NCBI GenBank assembly: GCA_964403165.1
Contig: CAYOFL010000001.1
Location: forward strand, 6,521 to 70,520
Reading direction: 5' to 3'
DNA: 64,000 nt
Source of the DNA: an uncultured Ignavibacteria bacterium
GTDB lineage: Bacteria; Zixibacteria; MSB-5A5; SM1-73
The notes below the pieces were generated by a model. That model did no database searches and was not told where the DNA came from. It worked only from the letters and a program-made list of their open reading frames with translations. Positions 28,153 to 36,427 of this stretch are shown piece by piece. Made by a program: the position numbers and the translations under genes. The number at the start of each line of letters is the position of its first letter. Positions within the stretch are counted from its first letter, which is position 1.

Positions 28153-29655
28153 TTGAAGTCCAAAAGGTTAAAAATCTTGGTTGTCTCTCCAGAGGTGGTT
28201 CCTTTTGCCAAGACCGGAGGTCTGGCTGATGTATGCGGGGCTTTGCCCCAAGCCCTGGCGAAGTTAGGTCACCAGGTCAAGGTAATCTTACCTAAATACA
28301 GAATGGTGGATGAAAAAAAATTCAAGTTATCGGAGGTGAGAACAGATATTCCCCTAATTCCGGTAGGAGATAGAAGTGTTAAGATCGCACTGAGAAGCTA
28401 TAATCCAACTTCTCCTGCGTTAGAATATCTTTTTATTGTGAACGATAAGTATTATGATCGGGATGAACTTTACAAGAATCGATTAACCGGTTTCGATTAT
28501 GAGGACAATGACGAAAGATTTATTCTGTTTGCCAGAGGAACCTTAGAGATTCTAAAAGCCATAAAGTGGCAACCTGACATCATTCATGCCAATGACTGGC
28601 AGTCTGCCTTGATTTTAGCATATTTAAAAACCCGATATGCGGGGGATCCATTCTTCAAGCATACAAAAGCAGTCTTCTCCATTCATAACTTAGCCTATCA
28701 GGGCAATTTCCCCAAAAGTACATTTGACAAGATTGGAATGTCCAAAGACTTGTTTTATCCTACCAGCCCATTTGAATTCTGGGGAAACGTGAATTTTATG
28801 AAGGCAGGGATCTGTTATGCCGACGTGATCAACACGGTTTCCGAGACCTACGCGGTAGAGATACAGTCCAGCTCTGAGTTCGGTCATGGGTTGGAAGGCG
28901 TTTTGAGAAGCAGAAACAGAGATCTTTATGGCATCATCAACGGCATCGATTACGAGGTCTGGTCTCCGGAAAAAGATAAACTGATCTCCTATAACTACAG
29001 CATGGAGGATCTTTCTGGCAAAAGGAAAAACAAAGAGCTTTTGCTTAAGTTGTGCAACTTACCCCCATCCACCAAAGATGTTCCACTTGTAGGAATCATC
29101 TCCAGGCTGGCAGATCAGAAGGGATTTGATCTTTTAGCCCAGATTTCAGATGAGCTTCTTTCATTGGATTTACAAATGGTGATTTTAGGAACTGGAGACG
29201 AGAAATATCACCGATGGTTTAAAGAGATGAGTTTAAAATATCCCGACAAAATTTCAGTCAATCTTCTTTTTGACAATTCGCTGGCTCATCTGATTGAGGC
29301 GGGAAGCGATATGTTTCTCATGCCCTCCAGATACGAGCCTTGTGGCTTGAATCAACTATACAGTCTGAAGTATGGAACCGTTCCCATAGTTCGAAAGACC
29401 GGGGGATTGGCAGATACCATAGAAAATTATGATCCCCAAACCGGGCGGGGAACCGGCTTCATGTTCAAAAATTATGATGCTGTCGAACTTTTGGATACAA
29501 TCAAGTTGGCGCTGAGAGTGTATAAAGATGGAAACGCCTGGGGCAAGCTGATAGAAAATGGGATGAGGCAAGACTTTTCCTGGGAAGCATCAGCGAAAAA
29601 ATACGTTGACATTTACCAGAAAGCCATCCAGAAAATGAACGTGGTTGACGTTTGA
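28153..29655 (+). CDS. glgA: Glycogen (starch) synthase
   Basis: VVPFAKTGGLADV motif, HANDWQSAL, and the C-terminal PSRYEPCGLNQLY...GGLADT pattern. Confidence 0.9.
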   Translation: MKSKRLKILVVSPEVVPFAKTGGLADVCGALPQALAKLGHQVKVILPKYRMVDEKKFKLSEVRTDIPLIPVGDRSVKIALRSYNPTSPALEYLFIVNDKYYDRDELYKNRLTGFDYEDNDERFILFARGTLEILKAIKWQPDIIHANDWQSALILAYLKTRYAGDPFFKHTKAVFSIHNLAYQGNFPKSTFDKIGMSKDLFYPTSPFEFWGNVNFMKAGICYADVINTVSETYAVEIQSSSEFGHGLEGVLRSRNRDLYGIINGIDYEVWSPEKDKLISYNYSMEDLSGKRKNKELLLKLCNLPPSTKDVPLVGIISRLADQKGFDLLAQISDELLSLDLQMVILGTGDEKYHRWFKEMSLKYPDKISVNLLFDNSLAHLIEAGSDMFLMPSRYEPCGLNQLYSLKYGTVPIVRKTGGLADTIENYDPQTGRGTGFMFKNYDAVELLDTIKLALRVYKDGNAWGKLIENGMRQDFSWEASAKKYVDIYQKAIQKMNVVDV

Positions 29656-29666
29656 AATCCCCGTTT

Positions 29667-29747
29667 GTAGTTGCTCGATTTATTGAAAATCCCCCGCCAA
29701 CGGCGGGGTGATCGAGCTTTTTATTGCCTGATGAATCAGGCAACTAC
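29667..29747. repeat. Nested palindromic element, GTAGTTGCTCGATT...GGCAACTAC family (copy E1)
   Basis: Outer GTAGTTGC/GCAACTAC, second level GCTCGAT/ATCGAGC, core CCCCGCC-aac-GGCGGGG, plus TTGCCTGAT-ga-ATCAGGCAA. Confidence 0.7.
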
Positions 29748-29902
29748 TACGAGAGAGTTTTTTATTTGTTTTTCCGAAGCTCCTTTTTTACATATCACCC
29801 TTTATCTGCTTGACGGATTCACATATTCTTAATAAATTTCACTTCAGATAACAGAATAAAAAAGCCTTTATAGCTAATAGATGTACCTCTGGGAGAGAAT
29901 CG

Positions 29903-31705
29903 ATGCGAAGCAAACTCATTCTTTTAGTTATCATACTCATTTTCGTGATTCACTGCCTCAGCTTAAATTTCACTCAGGACGACGCTTTCATCTCCTACCG
30001 TTATGTAGAGAATTTCACTCAGGGTAACGGTCTGGTTTTCAATTCCGGTGAGAGGGTGGAGGGATACACCAATTTTCTTTGGATAATCCTCTTATCCATT
30101 TTCGCCCAGCTTGGCTTGGATATAATCTTGGTTTCCAAAATACTGGGGATTGCCTCAGGGTGTGTGACCTTGATTCTTCTTCAACAGATCTCACAGCTAT
30201 TTTTGCCAAAAAAAGATTGGCTGTTGGCTCTTTTCCCTTCCGTTCTATTGACCGCAAGTAGTGCCTTCGCCTACTGGAGCATAAGCGGACTGGAGACCAC
30301 TTTCTTTGTAATGATGGTTTTAGTTTCTGTTTACTTGTATTTGACTTATCCGCGATTATGGGTGGTGTCTTGTGCGCTGTCTGTTCTCATCCGCCCTGAA
30401 GGTGGATTGATTTTTGGGATTCTTCTTTTGCACAAATTGGTAATTAGAAATGATCCTTTACGTAAGTCTTTCTCATGTTTGGCTGGATTCGTTTTGCTTC
30501 TTCTGCCTTTTGTGATTTTTAAAGTGTTTTATTACGGAGATATTCTGCCCAATCCGTTTTATGCAAAGACTGGTTTATCTTTTGAGTATGTGAAGAGCGG
30601 ATTAGAATATTTTTGGCTGTTTTTGAGACACTATGCTCTCTGGGGAGTTCTTTATCTGGTGCCCATCTTTTTCTACAAGAGTTTGGACTGGCGAGGCCGA
30701 CTATTGATTTTGCTTGTCTATCTTTACACTCTATATGTTATCATAATTGGAGGGGATGTGCTGAAAGTCCATCGATTCTTCTTGCCCATTTTACCACCAT
30801 TATATCTACTTTTTATTATCTGTTTGAGAAGATTGTATGCTAAGTTAAAAAGCAATTTGAGAGGGAGGGTGGTTCTCATATTTCTGTTAGTTTCAATTCC
30901 GGTCTTTCTTTTTCTGCTCCCCCACAAATGGATTCGTCAGACCAGAGCCGCAGAGAAAAATCTTGTGGAAAAGATGCAATTTATAGCTGAATATTTGAGA
31001 AGACATTATGATGATACCTCCATTGCACTCACCACCATCGGTTCAGTATCCTATTATCTGGGGACTGAGGTAAAAGTTATCGATATGTTAGGACTGACAG
31101 ATAAATACATCTCCCAGCATCCGGAACAAATTGAGGGGATAGCGATTACCTGGAAGGAGAGAAAGTATAATACTCAGTATGTTCTTTCTTGTGATCCTGA
31201 TTTTATTCTTTTCTCAACCGGGTTAAAGCCCAGTGCTCCGGCGGAAAGAGCTTTGCTTTTGAATTCTGAATTTCGGCAAAATTATTTCGTAGTTCCCATC
31301 TTTCTCAGCAAGACGGGATTTATCTCCATCTTCAGAAGGAAAGGACCATATTCTAAGGAGAATGAGATTTTTAAGGACACACGATTTGTGGACTTATTTT
31401 GTGAGGGCGTGCATTTGCATATAAAAAGAAAAAGACATAAAGAGGCAATTGAGAAACTAAAAAGGGCAACTATGATGTGTCCCAAGGATTTTGCTTTAAT
31501 ATATGAAGTGATTGGAGCGTGCTATATCAATTTGGGGAATTATTCCCTTGCTGAAAAATACCTGAAGAGGGCGATTCAGGTTGACGACTGGTCGGTTATG
31601 CCGCACGATTACCTGGCAACTATTTATCAGAAAACTGGTCGATTAAAGGAGGCTAAAGCAGAAAAAAAGAAGGTCTATTTATATGACCCCAATTTTCCAT
31701 GGTGA
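29903..31705 (+). CDS. GT-C-fold membrane glycosyltransferase-like protein with C-terminal TPR repeats
   Basis: 600 aa. QDDAFISYRYVENF...EGYTNFLW, then about 10 TM helices. The C-terminus (AIEKLKRA...NLGNYSLAEKYLKRAIQ...IYQKTGRLKEA) is TPR-like. Confidence 0.6.
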   Translation: MRSKLILLVIILIFVIHCLSLNFTQDDAFISYRYVENFTQGNGLVFNSGERVEGYTNFLWIILLSIFAQLGLDIILVSKILGIASGCVTLILLQQISQLFLPKKDWLLALFPSVLLTASSAFAYWSISGLETTFFVMMVLVSVYLYLTYPRLWVVSCALSVLIRPEGGLIFGILLLHKLVIRNDPLRKSFSCLAGFVLLLLPFVIFKVFYYGDILPNPFYAKTGLSFEYVKSGLEYFWLFLRHYALWGVLYLVPIFFYKSLDWRGRLLILLVYLYTLYVIIIGGDVLKVHRFFLPILPPLYLLFIICLRRLYAKLKSNLRGRVVLIFLLVSIPVFLFLLPHKWIRQTRAAEKNLVEKMQFIAEYLRRHYDDTSIALTTIGSVSYYLGTEVKVIDMLGLTDKYISQHPEQIEGIAITWKERKYNTQYVLSCDPDFILFSTGLKPSAPAERALLLNSEFRQNYFVVPIFLSKTGFISIFRRKGPYSKENEIFKDTRFVDLFCEGVHLHIKRKRHKEAIEKLKRATMMCPKDFALIYEVIGACYINLGNYSLAEKYLKRAIQVDDWSVMPHDYLATIYQKTGRLKEAKAEKKKVYLYDPNFPW

Positions 31706-31727
31706 ACATCTTCATAATTCTGCCCGG

Positions 31728-31996
31728 TTGGTGCGGGGTACCCTTCGACTTTCGCCCTCAGGGCAAGCCATTACCCCGCACCTTCAATGTTTCGGGGTGA
31801 GGGTTCACCCTGAAGGGATTCACCCTGAAGGGCACCCCGAAACAACAGATAAATTCTTTTTGACTGTTGGTGCGGGGTACCCTTCGGCTTGCGCCCTCAG
31901 GGCAAGCCCTTATCCCGCACCTCTTATGTTTCGGGGTAGGGGTACCCCGAAACAACCGTGTCTACTGTTGGTGCAGGGTACCCTTACCCTGCACCA
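31728..31996. repeat. REP family B array (left flank of RAYT2)
   Basis: Alternating hairpins GGTGCGGGGTA...TACCCCGCACC and GTTTCGGGGTG...CACCCCGAAAC. Positions 31728-31956 are a near-identical direct repeat of 32611-32838. Confidence 0.85.
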
Positions 31997-31999
31997 TTT

Positions 32000-32533
32000 C
32001 TAAAAAATAGGATCTAATTTTATAATGGAACTGTCATCGCAATAATAATTTCTGTAGCTGGAATAAATGTAATCTTCTGGGTTCTTAACCAATCCCCTCT
32101 TAACTGGATTGTTATGAATATAGTTCATTTTGATATTGAACACTCCCTCTGAATGGATTCCCAAGCCTCTGAAACCCTCTTCCCAAACCATGTGTTTTTC
32201 TTTCTTTGGATTTAGAACGGTAAATAATTTGATTAAATTGGACTTCTTCTCTTTCTTCAATTGCTTCAAAATTTTCTTAGAAGTATACCTTTTGAACTCC
32301 TCCATGATCTTTGACAAATCATTCTTATCACCTAAATAGATCATTAGGTGAATATGCTCTGGCATGATTACATATCCCCAAAGTTTAAAGCCAAATTTCT
32401 TTCGATAAAAATTTAGGTTTTCAATAATAATATCGAAGTAAGGCTTGGTTTCAAAAACTACAACATAATCTTTTATCTTGGTGGTAATGAAATAGTCGTA
32501 GCCTTCTAATGAAATATTCTTCCACTTTGGCAT
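32000..32533 (-). CDS. REP-associated tyrosine transposase (RAYT), copy 2
   Basis: HUH motif EHIHLMI and Tyr motif NYIHNNPVKRGLV. The ATG at 32533 is preferred, because the upstream 36 codons of the track ORF are REP-encoded. Confidence 0.8.
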   Translation of the reverse strand: MPKWKNISLEGYDYFITTKIKDYVVVFETKPYFDIIIENLNFYRKKFGFKLWGYVIMPEHIHLMIYLGDKNDLSKIMEEFKRYTSKKILKQLKKEKKSNLIKLFTVLNPKKEKHMVWEEGFRGLGIHSEGVFNIKMNYIHNNPVKRGLVKNPEDYIYSSYRNYYCDDSSIIKLDPIF

Positions 32534-32550
32534 TTTCAAACTTTTTTTAT

Positions 32551-32838
32551 GTTTCGGGGTGACGGAGACCCGTCTGGGAGGGCACCCCGAAACAACGGAA
32601 TCACACCACGTTGGTGCGGGGTATCCTTCGGCTTGCGCCATCAGGACAAGCCCTTACCCCGCACCTTCAATGTTTCGGGGTGAGGGTTCACCCTGAAGGG
32701 ATTCACCCTGAAGGGCACCCCGAAACAACAGATAAATTCTTTTTGACTGTTGGTGCGGGGTACCCTTCGACTTTCGCCCTCAGGGCAAGCCCTTATCCCG
32801 CACCTCTTATGTTTCGGGGTAGGGGTACTCCGAAACAA
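32551..32838. repeat. REP family B array (right flank of RAYT2)
   Basis: Same two hairpin types as the left array. The first unit carries a different loop (acggagacccgtctgggaggg) between identical stems. Confidence 0.85.
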
Positions 32839-32866
32839 CGGATTAGAGGTAACCCGTTACAACGGA

Positions 32867-34189
32867 TCAAGACTCATTCCCCCAAATTTTCTTATTCAGA
32901 ACCGTGACCAAATCATCGATTTTATGCCTGGTCTGTTCCATGGAATCTCTTTCCCTTAAAGTGACGGTTTCGTCCTGCAGGGTTTGAGAATCCACGGTGA
33001 TACCGTAGGGTGTACCAGCTTCGTCCTGACGACGATAGCGTCTTCCCACCGCTCCTCTATCATCGTAAAACACGGTAAAATGAGGTCGGAGCATCTGGGC
33101 AATCTTTTGGGCGATCTCCGGCATGTTGTCCCGATTCACCAGGGGTAGAACGGACGCTTTGAAGGGGGCAATCTTAGGATCCAGCCGCAAGACCACCCTC
33201 TTTTCACCTTTGACCTCCTCCTCATGGTATGCATCCACCAAACAGACCAGCAGACTCCGGTCAACCCCGGCAGAAGTCTCTATGATATAGGGGATGAATC
33301 TCTCCTTGGTCTGGTCATCGAAATAGGAAAGGTCTTTACCTGTGGCTTGGCTGTGACGGGACAGGTCATAATCGGTGCGGTTATGTATCCCCTCAATCTC
33401 CTTCCAGCCAAAGGGGAAATTGTATTCTATATCCCATGCTGTCTTGGCGTAATGAGCTAACTCCTTTTTCTCGTGCTGGTGAAGCTTCAGATTCTCCTTT
33501 CTGATACCGATGTCAAGATACCACTTCATCCTTTCTTCTTTCCAGTAATCGATCCATTTTTCATCCTCTTTGGGGTTGATGAAATACTGCATCTCCATCT
33601 GCTCAAATTCACGGGAGCGGAAGATAAAGTTACCCGGTGATATCTCATTCCTGAAAGCTTTACCTATCTGAGCGATGCCGAAGGGAACTTTCTGCCGGGC
33701 AGGTCCCATCACATTCAGAAAATTTACATAGATTCCCTGAGCAGTTTCCGGTCTCAAATAGACCACGGATGCTGCATCCTCCACCGGTCCCATGTGAGTC
33801 TTAAACATCAAATTGAACATGCGCGGCTCGGTAAGCTCACCGCCGCAGGCAGGACAGACGGAACTCTCCAAATCATCAGCTCTAAACCTTTGCTTACACT
33901 TCTTGCAGTCGACCATGGGATCGGTGAAGCCCTCCACATGTCCTGAAGTTTCCCACACTTTGGGGTGCATCAAGATGGAAGCATCCACCCCCTCGATGTC
34001 GTTGCGGTACTGGGTCATGCATCTCCACCAGTAGTCCTTGATATTTTTCTTCATCTCAACACCCATGGGACCATAATCCCAACAGCTGTTGATCCCACCG
34101 TAGATTTCTGAGGATTGAAAGATGAAACCTCTCCTTTTGCACAGGGAGACCAGCTTGTCCATTAGATCGGATTCTTTCTTTTTTGCCAC
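32867..34189 (-). CDS. glyQS: Glycine--tRNA ligase (homodimeric class II type)
   Basis: 440 aa. FIFQSSEIYGG, FRNEISPGNFIFRSREFEQMEMQYF and GVDRSLL are class II motifs typical of GlyQS. Confidence 0.9.
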   Translation of the reverse strand: MAKKKESDLMDKLVSLCKRRGFIFQSSEIYGGINSCWDYGPMGVEMKKNIKDYWWRCMTQYRNDIEGVDASILMHPKVWETSGHVEGFTDPMVDCKKCKQRFRADDLESSVCPACGGELTEPRMFNLMFKTHMGPVEDAASVVYLRPETAQGIYVNFLNVMGPARQKVPFGIAQIGKAFRNEISPGNFIFRSREFEQMEMQYFINPKEDEKWIDYWKEERMKWYLDIGIRKENLKLHQHEKKELAHYAKTAWDIEYNFPFGWKEIEGIHNRTDYDLSRHSQATGKDLSYFDDQTKERFIPYIIETSAGVDRSLLVCLVDAYHEEEVKGEKRVVLRLDPKIAPFKASVLPLVNRDNMPEIAQKIAQMLRPHFTVFYDDRGAVGRRYRRQDEAGTPYGITVDSQTLQDETVTLRERDSMEQTRHKIDDLVTVLNKKIWGNES

Positions 34190-34283
34190 ATCTTCTCCTT
34201 GATAGCTCGAGTTTTTCCTGCCTGGTATACCCGACGAAATTTAATCTTTTCTTGTGTTTCCGAGACTACATTTGTCTGAAGCT

Positions 34284-35042
34284 TCACTCAGTTTTTAAAA
34301 ATTCCAATGACCTCAAATCTTTACCTCTTCCAGTATGATAATCCAAAAGATTAAGGATAACACATAAAATCTCCTTTAAGTGTTCCTTTGGAATGTTATA
34401 CGTATTTAAATCTTCGGTCTTTATGGATTGAAGTTTAAGCGCCGAGGTCACAGAAGCATTTGATAATCTAAGATATGCCTGATCTGCTCTGGTGCAACTT
34501 TTACAGATGATTCCTCCCTTCTCCGGGCTGAACAATACAAATTTCCCCCCAACATGTTTATTGCAAATTACGCACCTATCAAACTTTGGCTTGTATCCCA
34601 GAAGATGGGCTAATTTTAGAGCATAGGAGCAAAATGATTTTTCAAGAGATTCCTCAGAACAGCTTTCCATGAAAGATAAGTTAGCTTTCATCAATTCAAA
34701 AAGTTGGGGATTTGATTCCTCACCGGTGATCAACCGATCCAAAAGCTCCAAAGTGGCTGAAGCAAAGACATATCGATTCAAATCTTTATAAAGTGACTGA
34801 TACGTTTTTATTGTTTCGCTTTGGGACAAAAGATAGATCTCAGAAGTTCGTTTTTTGTAGAAGACGATCTGAATGTGGGAAAGAGTTTGTAAAGCCCCGG
34901 CCAATCTGCTTTTGGGCTTTCTGATTCCTTTGGCAATGACTTTGATCTTCCCGCAGTCCTTGGTATACAGGGTGGCGATTTTTGAGGTGTCGCCAAATTT
35001 TATGCTTTTCAAAACGATGGCTTCGGTCTTGGTGATACTCAT
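34284..35042 (-). CDS. recO: DNA repair protein RecO
   Basis: N-terminal OB-fold signature TEAIVLKSIKFGDTSKI. C-terminal zinc motif CVICNK...CKSC. Confidence 0.8.
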   Translation of the reverse strand: MSITKTEAIVLKSIKFGDTSKIATLYTKDCGKIKVIAKGIRKPKSRLAGALQTLSHIQIVFYKKRTSEIYLLSQSETIKTYQSLYKDLNRYVFASATLELLDRLITGEESNPQLFELMKANLSFMESCSEESLEKSFCSYALKLAHLLGYKPKFDRCVICNKHVGGKFVLFSPEKGGIICKSCTRADQAYLRLSNASVTSALKLQSIKTEDLNTYNIPKEHLKEILCVILNLLDYHTGRGKDLRSLEFLKTE

Positions 35043-35458
35043 GGGGATAGGGAATCAGGTGGAGGAGGTTGAGCAGATTTCTTTTCTTCGTCTGGAGTGG
35101 ATTTTTCCTGGTAGATGATACGATACACTTTTTCCCCCTCTTTTATCATACCCAGTCTCTCTCTGGCTTGTTTTTCCAAATAGAACTCATCATCGGTGAG
35201 CCTTTTTTTCTCAATTTCTAAGTCTACGATTTCCGCGTCAAGCATTTTAGATTCTTTTTCCAAGCTCTTTTTCTCTTTCCACAAAGAGTGAATCTGAACA
35301 AATCCATAGGGTCCGGTAAAAAAACGATAGACTAAGAAGGCGAAAGCCAAAAGGAGCAAAATCCTTTTGACCATTCTTGTCTTCTGGACGCTTCTTTCTT
35401 TTACCTTTTTGAAGAAACTGCTCTGTGGTGAACTTTTTTTCTTTCTTCTTCTGGGCAT
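35039..35458 (-). CDS. ftsB: Septum formation initiator FtsB/DivIC family
   Basis: Single TM helix followed by a coiled coil and LEKQARERLGMIKEGEKVYRI, the family signature. Confidence 0.75.
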   Translation of the reverse strand: MPRRRKKKSSPQSSFFKKVKERSVQKTRMVKRILLLLAFAFLVYRFFTGPYGFVQIHSLWKEKKSLEKESKMLDAEIVDLEIEKKRLTDDEFYLEKQARERLGMIKEGEKVYRIIYQEKSTPDEEKKSAQPPPPDSLSP

Positions 35459-35471
35459 TTGCGAATACTTT

Positions 35472-35570
35472 GTAGGTCAACCATGTCCTTTAGGACTGGT
35501 TGACGAATTTTAAAAACAATCTGTCAAGCAGGCTTTCCTACGGATCCGTTGGACGCCATGCTTGACCTAC
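35472..35570. repeat. REP family C (copy C1), flank of RAYT3
   Basis: GTAGGTCAACCATGTCCTTTAGGACTGGTTGAC...GTCAAGC...GCTTGACCTAC. Confidence 0.8.
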
Positions 35571-35587
35571 GTTTTTTTTACATTTTT

Positions 35588-36100
35588 TTACTCCAAGTTC
35601 ATTTCTTCCAAATCTTTCAATTCCGTATGGCCCCAACCGACTTGATAGATTTCTTTTTTCAGCCAATGCAGATAACTGGATTGTTTAAAATCCTCCGGTC
35701 GATCAACAATTCTATGCTTGACCGGATTATAGTGAATATAATCAAAATGTCTCTTGAAGTCATCTTCATTTCTAATGATATGATCCCAAAAGCGATATTG
35801 CCACACTCGAATATTAGTTTTGATTCCATTCAGCTTTTTATATTGGCGGGAGAAATTATCTTTGAGTGACTGCATAACTACAGATACGTTTTCTTTTAAA
35901 GGCAAAATCAAAAAATGAAAATGATTAGGAATCAGAACATGAGCATAAAGTTTATAGGGATGGATTTTCTTCAGATTTTTTGCGATTTCCCAGAATAAAG
36001 ATATATTTTCTGACAATGTAAAAAGATTCTTTCTTCTATAAGTCACGCAGGTGATGAAATAAACGGCTTCCGGAATGTAGTATCTTCGAATGTTTGTCAT
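35588..36100 (-). CDS. REP-associated tyrosine transposase (RAYT), copy 3
   Basis: HUH motif NHFHFLI and Tyr motif DYIHYNPVKHRIV. The ATG at 36100 is preferred, because the track's TTG at 36112 lies inside REP C2. Confidence 0.8.
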   Translation of the reverse strand: MTNIRRYYIPEAVYFITCVTYRRKNLFTLSENISLFWEIAKNLKKIHPYKLYAHVLIPNHFHFLILPLKENVSVVMQSLKDNFSRQYKKLNGIKTNIRVWQYRFWDHIIRNEDDFKRHFDYIHYNPVKHRIVDRPEDFKQSSYLHWLKKEIYQVGWGHTELKDLEEMNLE

Positions 36101-36103
36101 AAT

Positions 36104-36353
<250 letters not shown>

Positions 36354-36357
36354 TTAT

Positions 36358-36427
36358 GTAGGTCAACCATGCCCTTTAGGACTGGCTGACGTCTTTTGCC
36401 AAGTAGGCTTCGTTATGCTTGACCTCC
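36358..36427. repeat. REP family C (copy C3, right end degenerate CTCC)
   Basis: GTAGGTCAACCATGCCCTTTAGGACTGGCTGAC...GCTTGACCTCC. It supplies the last 17 codons and the stop of the 940-aa ORF. Confidence 0.75.

Noticed and set aside
31728-32838. Possible CRISPR array, suggested by regularly recurring palindromic repeats
   Set aside because: There is no constant repeat/unique spacer alternation. Two different stem families alternate, whole 228-bp blocks are duplicated, and a RAYT gene sits in the middle. This is REP/BIME-like architecture, and no cas genes are present.
31683-32959. Five track ORFs (31683-32003 +, 31758-31955 -, 32611-32907 +, 32641-32838 -, 32750-32959 +) with near-identical translations
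   Set aside because: They lie entirely within the REP family B hairpin arrays. Their similarity simply reflects the 228-bp direct repeat, and both strands are open only because of the palindromic sequence. They are not protein-coding.
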